Positions 54,758 through 64,000 of a stretch of DNA of 64,000 nucleotides are shown one piece after another; within the stretch, counting starts at the first letter, position 1; every line of letters begins with the position of its first letter. The position numbers and the translations under genes were made by a program. The stretch lies in the NCBI GenBank assembly GCA_964057225.1, contig OZ059898.1, forward strand, positions 19,282,001-19,346,000, in the 5' to 3' direction. The DNA is from Auanema rhodensis (Eukaryota; Animalia; Nematoda). Below the pieces are notes generated by a model that made no database searches, was not told the origin of the DNA, and saw only the letters and a list, made by a program, of their open reading frames with translations.

Positions 54758-57214
54758 AAAAAAGGAATCTAAAAACATCTACTTTTTGCTAAATTATTTT
54801 GAAATTTTTCGAAAAAATTTTTGTCAAAATGTTTTTGGAAGCAATGTTGAGTGAACATGGAAACTCAACATACACTAATGCATCATTTTTCGAACAATCA
54901 TAACTAATTTTTGTATTAAGCGTTTCTCAATGTAGTATAGTGCATTTGATGCGGATTTTTAAGCTGCGTCGATCTGTGTTATCAGATTTGCGCTAGCTTA
55001 AAAATGCACCGAGATATCAACTGATATAAGTTCACACTTATATCCTCGATTTTCACCCTGAAGAATTAATTTTTTTGTTGAATAACATTGTCCATCGTCT
55101 TTGCCTTGAAAAAAGGAATCTAAAAACATCTACTTTTTGCTAAATTATTTTGAAATTTTTCGAAAAAATTTTTGTCAAAATGTTTTTGGAAGCAATGTTG
55201 AGTGAACATGGAAACTCAACATACACTAATGCATCATTTTTCAAACGATCATAACTAATTTTTGTATTAAGCGTTTCTCAATGTAGTATAGTGCATTCGA
55301 TGCGGATTTTTAAGCTGCGTCGATCTGTGTTATCAGATTTGCGCTAGCTTAAAAATGCACCGAGATATCAACTGATATAAGTTCACACTTATATCCTCGA
55401 TTTTCACCCTGAAGAATTAATTTTTTCGTTGAATAACATTGTCCATCGTCTTTGCCTTGAAAAAAGGAATCTAAAAACATCTACTTTTTGCTAAATTATT
55501 TTGAAATTTTTCGAAAAAATTTTTGTCAAAATGTTTTTGGAAGCAATGTTGAGTGTACATGGAAACTCAACATACACTAATGCATCATTTTTCAAACGAT
55601 CATAACTAATTTTTGTATTAAGCGTTTCTCAATGTAGTATAGTGCATTCGATGCGGATTTTTAAGCTGCGTCGATCTGTGTTATCAGATTTGCGCTAGCT
55701 TAAAAATGCACCGAGATATCAACTGATATATGTTCACACTTATATCCTCGATTTTCACCCTGAAGAATTATTTTTTTCGTTGAATAACATTGTCCATCGT
55801 CTTTGCCTTGAAAAAAGGAATCTAAAAACATCTTCTTTTTGCTAAATTATTTTGAAATTTTTCGAAAAAATTTTTGTCAAAATGTTTTTGGAAGCAATGT
55901 TGAGTGAACATGGAAACTCAACATACACTAATGCATCATTTTTCGAACAATCATAACTAATTTTTGTATTAAGCGTTTCTCAATGTAGTATAGTGCATTT
56001 GATGCGGATTTTTAAGCTGCGTCGATCTGTGTTATCAGATTTGCGCTAGCTTAAAAATGCACCGAGATATCAACTGATATAAGTTCACACTTATATCCTC
56101 GATTTTCACCCTGAAGAATTAATTTTTTCGTTGAATAACATTGTCCATCGTCTTTGCCTTGAAAAAAGGAATCTAAAAACATCTACTTTTTGCTAAATTA
56201 TTTTGAAATTTTTCGAAAAAATTTTTGTCAAAATGTTTTTGGAAGCAATGTTGAGTGAACATGGAAACTCAACATACACTAATGCATCATTTTTCGAACA
56301 ATCATAACTAATTTTGGTATTAAGCGTTTCTCAATGTAGTATAGTGCATTTGATGCGGATTTTTAAGCTGCGTCGATCTGTGTTATCAGATTTGCGCTAA
56401 CTTAAAAATGCACCGAGATATCAACTGATATAAGTTTACACTTATATCCTCGATTTTCACCCTGAAGAATTAATTTTTTTGTTGAATAACATTGTCCATC
56501 GTCTTTGCCTTGAAAAAAGGAATCTAAAAACATCTACTTTTTGCTAAATTATTTTGAAATTTTTCGAAAAAATTTTTGTCAAAATGTTTTTGGAAGCAAT
56601 GTTGAGTGAACATGGAAACTCAACATACACTAATGCATCATTTTTCGAACAATCATAACTAATTTTTGTATTAAGCGTTTCTCAATGTAGTATAGTGCAT
56701 TTGATGCGGATTTTTAAGTTGCGTCGATCTGTGTTATCAGATTTGCGCTAGCTTAAAAATGCACCGAGATATCAACTGATATAAGTTCACACTTATATCC
56801 TCGATTTTCACCCTGAAGAATTAATTTTTTCGTCGAATAACATTGTCCATCGTCTTTGCCTTGAAAAAAGGAATCTAAAAACATCTACTTTTTGCTAAAT
56901 TATTTTGAAATTTTTCGAAAAAATTTTTGTCAAAATGTTTTTGGAAGCAATGTTGAGTGAACATGGAAACTCAACATACACTAATGCATCATTTTTCGAA
57001 CAATCATAACTAATTTTTGTATTAAGCGTTTCTCAATGTAGTATAGTGCATTTGATGCGGATTTTTAAGCTGCGTCGATCTGTGTTATCAGATTTGCGCT
57101 AGCTTAAAAATGCACCGAGATATCAACTGATATAAGTTCACACTTATATCCTCGATTTTCACCCTGAAGAATTAATTTTTTTGTTGAATAACATTGTCCA
57201 TCGTCTTTGCCTTG

Positions 57215-60200
57215 AAAAAAGGAATCTAAAAACATCTACTTTTTGCTAAATTATTTTGAAATTTTTCGAAAAAATTTTTGTCAAAATGTTTTTGGAAGCA
57301 ATGTTGAGTGAACATGGAAACTCAACATACACTAATGCATCATTTTTCGAACAATCATAACTAATTTTTGTATTAAGCGTTTCTCAATGTAGTATAGTGC
57401 ATTTGATGCGGATTTTTAAGCTGCGTCGATCTGTGTTATCAGATTTGCGCTAGCTTAAAAATGCACCGAGATATCAACTGATATAAGTTCACACTTATAT
57501 CCTCGATTTTCACCCTGAAGAATTAATTTTTTTGTTGAATAACATTGTCCATCGTCTTTGCCTTGAAAAAAGGAATCTAAAAACATCTACTTTTTGCTAA
57601 ATTATTTTGAAATTTTTCGAAAAAATTTTTGTCAAAATGTTTTTGGAAGCAATGTTGAGTGAACATGGAAACTCAACATACACTAATGCATCATTTTTCA
57701 AACGATCATAACTAATTTTTGTATTAAGCGTTTCTCAATGTAGTATAGTGCATTCGATGCGGATTTTTAAGCTGCGTCGATCTGTGTTATCAGATTTGCG
57801 CTAGCTTAAAAATGCACCGAGATATCAACTGATATAAGTTCACACTTATATCCTCGATTTTCACCCTGAAGAATTAATTTTTTCGTTGAATAACATTGTC
57901 CATCGTCTTTGCCTTGAAAAAAGGAATCTAAAAACATCTACTTTTTGCTAAATTATTTTGAAATTTTTCGAAAAAATTTTTGTCAAAATGTTTTTGGAAG
58001 CAATGTTGAGTGTACATGGAAACTCAACATACACTAATGCATCATTTTTCAAACGATCATAACTAATTTTTGTATTAAGCGTTTCTCAATGTAGTATAGT
58101 GCATTCGATGCGGATTTTTAAGCTGCGTCGATCTGTGTTATCAGATTTGCGCTAGCTTAAAAATGCACCGAGATATCAACTGATATAAGTTCACACTTAT
58201 ATCCTCGATTTTCACCCTGAAGAATTATTTTTTTCGTTGAATAACATTGTCCATCGTCTTTGCCTTGAAAAAAGGAATCTAAAAACATCTACTTTTTGCT
58301 AAATTATTTTGAAATTTTTCGAAAAAATTTTTGTCAAAATGTTTTTGGAAGCAATGTTGAGTGAACATGGAAACTCAACATACACTAATGCATCATTTTT
58401 CGAACAATCATAACTAATTTTTGTATTAAGCGTTTCTCAATGTAGTATAGTGCATTTGATGCGGATTTTTAAGCTGCGTCGATCTGTGTTATCAGATTTG
58501 CGCTAACTTAAAAATGCACCGAGATATCAACTGATATAAGTTCACACTTATATCCTCGATTTTCACCCTGAAGAATTAATTTTTTTGTTGAATAACATTG
58601 TCCATCGTCTTTGCCTTGAAAAAAGGAATCTAAAAACATCTACTTTTTGCTAAATTATTTTGAAATTTTTCGAAAAAATTTTTGTCAAAATGTTTTTGGA
58701 AGCAATGTTGAGTGAACATGGAAACTCAACATACACTAATGCATCATTTTTCGAACAATCATAACTAATTTTTGTATTAAGCGTTTCTCAATGTAGTATA
58801 GTGCATTTGATGCGGATTTTTAAGCTGCGTCGATCTGTGTTATCAGATTTGCGCTAGCTTAAAAATGCACCGAGATATCAACTGATATAAGTTCACACTT
58901 ATATCCTCGATTTTCACCCTGAAGAATTAATTTTTTTGTTGAATAACATTGTCCATCGTCTTTGCCTTGAAAAAAGGAATCTAAAAACATCTACTTTTTG
59001 CTAAATTATTTTGAAATTTTTCGAAAAAATTTTTGTCAAAATGTTTTTGGAAGCAATGTTGAGTGAACATGGAAACTCAACATACACTAATGCATCATTT
59101 TTCAAACGATCATAACTAATTTTTGTATTAAGCGTTTCTCAATGTAGTATAGTGCATTCGATGCGGATTTTTAAGCTGCGTCGATCTGTGTTATCAGATT
59201 TGCGCTAGCTTAAAAATGCACCGAGATATCAACTGATATAAGTTCACACTTATATCCTCGATTTTCACCCTGAAGAATTAATTTTTTCGTTGAATAACAT
59301 TGTCCATCGTCTTTGCCTTGAAAAAAGGAATCTAAAAACATCTACTTTTTGCTAAATTATTTTGAAATTTTTCGAAAAAATTTTTGTCAAAATGTTTTTG
59401 GAAGCAATGTTGAGTGTACATGGAAACTCAACATACACTAATGCATCATTTTTCAAACGATCATAACTAATTTTTGTATTAAGCGTTTCTCAATGTAGTA
59501 TAGTGCATTCGATGCGGATTTTTAAGCTGCGTCGATCTGTGTTATCAGATTTGCGCTAGCTTAAAAATGCACCGAGATATCAACTGATATAAGTTCACAC
59601 TTATATCCTCGATTTTCACCCTGAAGAATTATTTTTTTCGTTGAATAACATTGTCCATCGTCTTTGCCTTGAAAAAAGGAATCTAAAAACATCTACTTTT
59701 TGCTAAATTATTTTGAAATTTTTCGAAAAAATTTTTGTCAAAATGTTTTTGGAAGCAATGTTGAGTGAACATGGAAACTCAACATACACTAATGCATCAT
59801 TTTTCGAACAATCATAACTAATTTTTGTATTAAGCGTTTCTCAATGTAGTATAGTGCATTTGATGCGGATTTTTAAGCTGCGTCGATCTGTGTTATCAGA
59901 TTTGCGCTAACTTAAAAATGCACCGAGATATCAACTGATATAAGTTCACACTTATATCCTCGATTTTCACCCTGAAGAATTAATTTTTTTGTTGAATAAC
60001 ATTGTCCATCGTCTTTGCCTTGAAAAAAGGAATCTAAAAACATCTACTTTTTGCTAAATTATTTTGAAATTTTTCGAAAAAATTTTTGTCAAAATGTTTT
60101 TGGAAGCAATGTTGAGTGAACATGGAAACTCAACATACACTAATGCATCATTTTTCGAACAATCATAACTAATTTTTGTATTAAGCGTTTCTCAATGTAG

Positions 60201-61075
60201 TATAGTGCATTTGATGCGGATTTTTAAGCTGCGTCGATCTGTGTTATCAGATTTGCGCTAGCTTAAAAATGCACCGAGATATCAACTGATATAAGTTCAC
60301 ACTTATATCCTCGATTTTCACCCTGAAGAATTAATTTTTTTGTTGAATAACATTGTCCATCGTCTTTGCCTTGAAAAAAGGAATCTAAAAACATCTACTT
60401 TTTGCTAAATTATTTTGAAATTTTTCGAAAAAATTTTTGTCAAAATGTTTTTGGAAGCAATGTTGAGTGAACATGGAAACTCAACATACACTAATGCATC
60501 ATTTTTCAAACGATCATAACTAATTTTTGTATTAAGCGTTTCTCAATGTAGTATAGTGCATTCGATGCGGATTTTTAAGCTGCGTCGATCTGTGTTATCA
60601 GATTTGCGCTAGCTTAAAAATGCACCGAGATATCAACTGATATAAGTTCACACTTATATCCTCGATTTTCACCCTGAAGAATTAATTTTTTCGTTGAATA
60701 ACATTGTCCATCGTCTTTGCCTTGAAAAAAGGAATCTAAAAACATCTACTTTTTGCTAAATTATTTTGAAATTTTTCGAAAAAATTTTTGTCAAAATGTT
60801 TTTGGAAGCAATGTTGAGTGTACATGGAAACTCAACATACACTAATGCATCATTTTTCAAACGATCATAACTAATTTTTGTATTAAGCGTTTCATAATGT
60901 AGTATAGTGCATTCGATGCGGATTTTTAAGCTGCGTCGATCTGTGTTATCAGATTTGCGCTAGCTTAAAAATGCACCGAGATATCAACTGATATAAGTTC
61001 ACACTTATATCCTCGATTTTCACCCTGAAGAATTATTTTTTTCGTTGAATAACATTGTCCATCGTCTTTGCCTTG
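57215..61075 (+). repeat. 4-monomer higher-order repeat (1404 bp), ~2.75 copies: M164-167, M168-171, M172-174
   Basis: The order [A-Y 319T][A-X 190C][T-X 312T][A-Y 239A 319T] repeats. Confidence 0.8.
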
Positions 61076-64000
61076 AAAAAAGGAATCTAAAAACATCTAC
61101 TTTTTGCTAAATTATTTTGAAATTTTTCGAAAAAATTTTTGTCAAAATGTTTTTGGAAGCAATGTTGAGTGAACATGGAAACTCAACATACACTAATGCA
61201 TCATTTTTCGAACAATCATAACTAATTTTTGTATTAAGCGTTTCTCAATGTAGTATAGTGCATTTGATGCGGATTTTTAAGCTGCGTCGATCTGTGTTAT
61301 CAGATTTGCGCTAGCTTAAAAATGCACCGAGATATCAACTGATATAAGTTCACACTTATATCCTCGATTTTCACCCTGAAGAATTAATTTTTTCGTTGAA
61401 TAACATTGTCCATCGTCTTTGCCTTGAAAAAAGGAATCTAAAAACATCTACTTTTTGCTAAATTATTTTGAAATTTTTCGAAAAAATTTTTGTCAAAATG
61501 TTTTTGGAAGCAATGTTGAGTGAACATGGAAACTCAACATACACTAATGCATCATTTTTCGAACAATCATAACTAATTTTGGTATTAAGCGTTTCTCAAT
61601 GTAGTATAGTGCATTTGATGCGGATTTTTAAGCTGCGTCGATCTGTGTTATCAGATTTGCGCTAACTTAAAAATGCACCGAGATATCAACTGATATAAGT
61701 TCACACTTATATCCTCGATTTTCACCCTGAAGAATTAATTTTTTCGTTGAATAACATTGTCCATCGTCTTTGCCTTGAAAAAAGGAATCTAAAAACATCT
61801 ACTTTTTGCTAAATTATTTTGAAATTTTTCGAAAAAATTTTTGTCAAAATGTTTTTGGAAGCAATGTTGAGTGTACATGGAAACTCAACATACACTAATG
61901 CATCATTTTTCAAACGATCATAACTAATTTTTGTATTAAGCGTTTCTCAATGTAGTATAGTGCATTCGATGCGGATTTTTAAGCTGCGTCGATCTGTGTT
62001 ATCAGATTTGCGCTAGCTTAAAAATGCACCGAGATATCAACTGATATAAGTTCACACTTATATCCTCGATTTTCACCCTGAAGAATTATTTTTTTCGTTG
62101 AATAACATTGTCCATCGTCTTTGCCTTGAAAAAAGGAATCTAAAAACATCTACTTTTTGCTAAATTATTTTGAAATTTTTCGAAAAAATTTTTGTCAAAA
62201 TGTTTTTGGAAGCAATGTTGAGTGAACATGGAAACTCAACATACACTAATGCATCATTTTTCGAACAATCATAACTAATTTTTGTATTAAGCGTTTCTCA
62301 ATGTAGTATAGTGCATTTGATGCGGATTTTTAAGCTGCGTCGATCTGTGTTATCAGATTTGCGCTAACTTAAAAATGCACCGAGATATCAACTGATATAA
62401 GTTCACACTTATATCCTCGATTTTCACCCTGAAGAATTAATTCTTTTGTTGAATAACATTGTCCATCGTCTTTGCCTTGAAAAAAGGAATCTAAAAACAT
62501 CTACTTTTTGCTAAATTATTTTGAAATTTTTCGAAAAAATTTTTGTCAAAATGTTTTTGGAAGCAATGTTGAGTGAACATGGAAACTCAACATACACTAA
62601 TGCATCATTTTTCGAACAATCATAACTAATTTTTGTATTAAGCGTTTCTCAATGTAGTATAGTGCATTTGATGCGGATTTTTAAGCTGCGTCGATCTGTG
62701 TTATCAGATTTGCGCTAGCTTAAAAATGCACCGAGATATCAACTGATATAAGTTCACACTTATATCCTCGATTTTCACCCTGAAGAATTAATTTTTTTGT
62801 TGAATAACATTGTCCATCGTCTTTGCCTTGAAAAAAGGAATCTAAAAACATCTACTTTTTGCTAAATTATTTTGAAATTTTTCGAAAAAATTTTTGTCAA
62901 AATGTTTTTGGAAGCAATGTTGAGTGAACATGGAAACTCAACATACACTAATGCATCATTTTTCGAACAATCATAACTAATTTTTGTATTAAGCGTTTCT
63001 CAATGTAGTATAGTGCATTTGATGCGGATTTTTAAGCTGCGTCGATCTGTGTTATCAGATTTGCGCTAACTTAAAAATGCACCGAGATATCAACTGATAT
63101 AAGTTCACACTTATATCCTCGATTTTCACCCTGAAGAATTAATTTTTTTGTTGAATAACATTGTCCATCGTCTTTGCCTTGAAAAAAGGAATCTAAAAAC
63201 ATCTACTTTTTGCTAAATTATTTTGAAATTTTTCGAAAAAATTTTTGTCAAAATGTTTTTGGAAGCAATGTTGAGTGAACATGGAAACTCAACATACACT
63301 AATGCATCATTTTTCGAACAATCATAACTAATTTTTGTATTAAGCGTTTCTCAATTTAGTATAGTGCATTTGATGCGGATTTTTAAGCTGCGTCGATCTG
63401 TGTTATCAGATTTGCGCTAGCTTAAAAATGCACCGAGATATCAACTGATATAAGTTCACACTTATATCCTCGATTTTCACCCTGAAGAATTAATTTTTTC
63501 GTTGAATAACATTGTCCATCGTCTTTGCCTTGAAAAAAGGAATCTAAAAACATCTACTTTTTGCTAAATTATTTTGAAATTTTTCGAAAAAATTTTTGTC
63601 AAAATGTTTTTGGAAGCAATGTTGAGTGAACATGGAAACTCAACATACACTAATGCATCATTTTTCGAACAATCATAACTAATTTTTGTATTAAGCGTTT
63701 CTCAATGTAGTATAGTGCATTTGATGCGGATTTTTAAGCTGCGTCGATCTGTGTTATCAGATTTGCGCTAGCTTAAAAATGCACCGAGATATCAACTGAT
63801 ATAAGTTCACACTTATATCCTCGATTTTCACCCTGAAGAATTAATTTTTTTGTTGAATAACATTGTCCATCGTCTTTGCCTTGAAAAAAGGAATCTAAAA
63901 ACATCTACTTTTTGCTAAATTATTTTGAAATTTTTCGAAAAAATTTTTGTCAAAATGTTTTTGGAAGCAATGTTGAGTGAACATGGAAACTCAACATACA

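Larger units (their letters stand above)
1..64000. repeat. Satellite DNA array, 351-bp AT-rich monomer, ~182.3 head-to-tail copies, probably (peri)centromeric heterochromatin
   Basis: AAAAAAGGAATCTAAAAACATC recurs at 1, 352, 703 and so on. The register is exact at 7021, 14041, 21061 and 35101 (multiples of 20x351) and shifts by +1 after 40717 (42122, 49142, 56162, 63182). The monomer has 110/351 G+C. No unique sequence was seen. The repeat is directly visible; the centromeric location is inference. Confidence 0.99.

Noticed and set aside
1-64000. CRISPR array
   Set aside because: There are no unique spacers, the whole 351-bp unit repeats, and there are no cas genes.
1-64000. Rolling-circle or assembly concatemer of one small circle
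   Set aside because: Variants are linked, position-dependent and nested in blocks, which is unlike random errors on one template.

Overview
The whole 64 kb window is one uninterrupted head-to-tail tandem array (satellite DNA) of a 351-bp, ~31% GC monomer. There are 182 full copies plus 117 bp of a 183rd, and the array continues beyond both edges. I found no genes, RNA genes, CRISPR arrays or transposon insertions, and all six frames carry stops in every monomer. Copies are ~98-100% identical, with only one indel (an extra A at 40717-40723). Monomer Mn starts at 351(n-1)+1 up to M117 and at 351(n-1)+2 afterwards. This organisation is typical of eukaryotic (peri)centromeric heterochromatin; I cannot name the family or species. 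Points of interest: (1) the monomer is largely a chain of inverted repeats; (2) a ~60-bp segment around a perfect 9-bp dyad is almost invariant; (3) two linked haplotypes differ by a CpG swap and preserve an ancestral dimer register; (4) local higher-order repeats of changing period (9, 11/3, 7, 2, 10, 4 monomers) succeed one another; (5) there are signs of short- and long-range sequence exchange. Variant typing was done by eye and should be confirmed by alignment. I see no evidence for a new protein-coding system.
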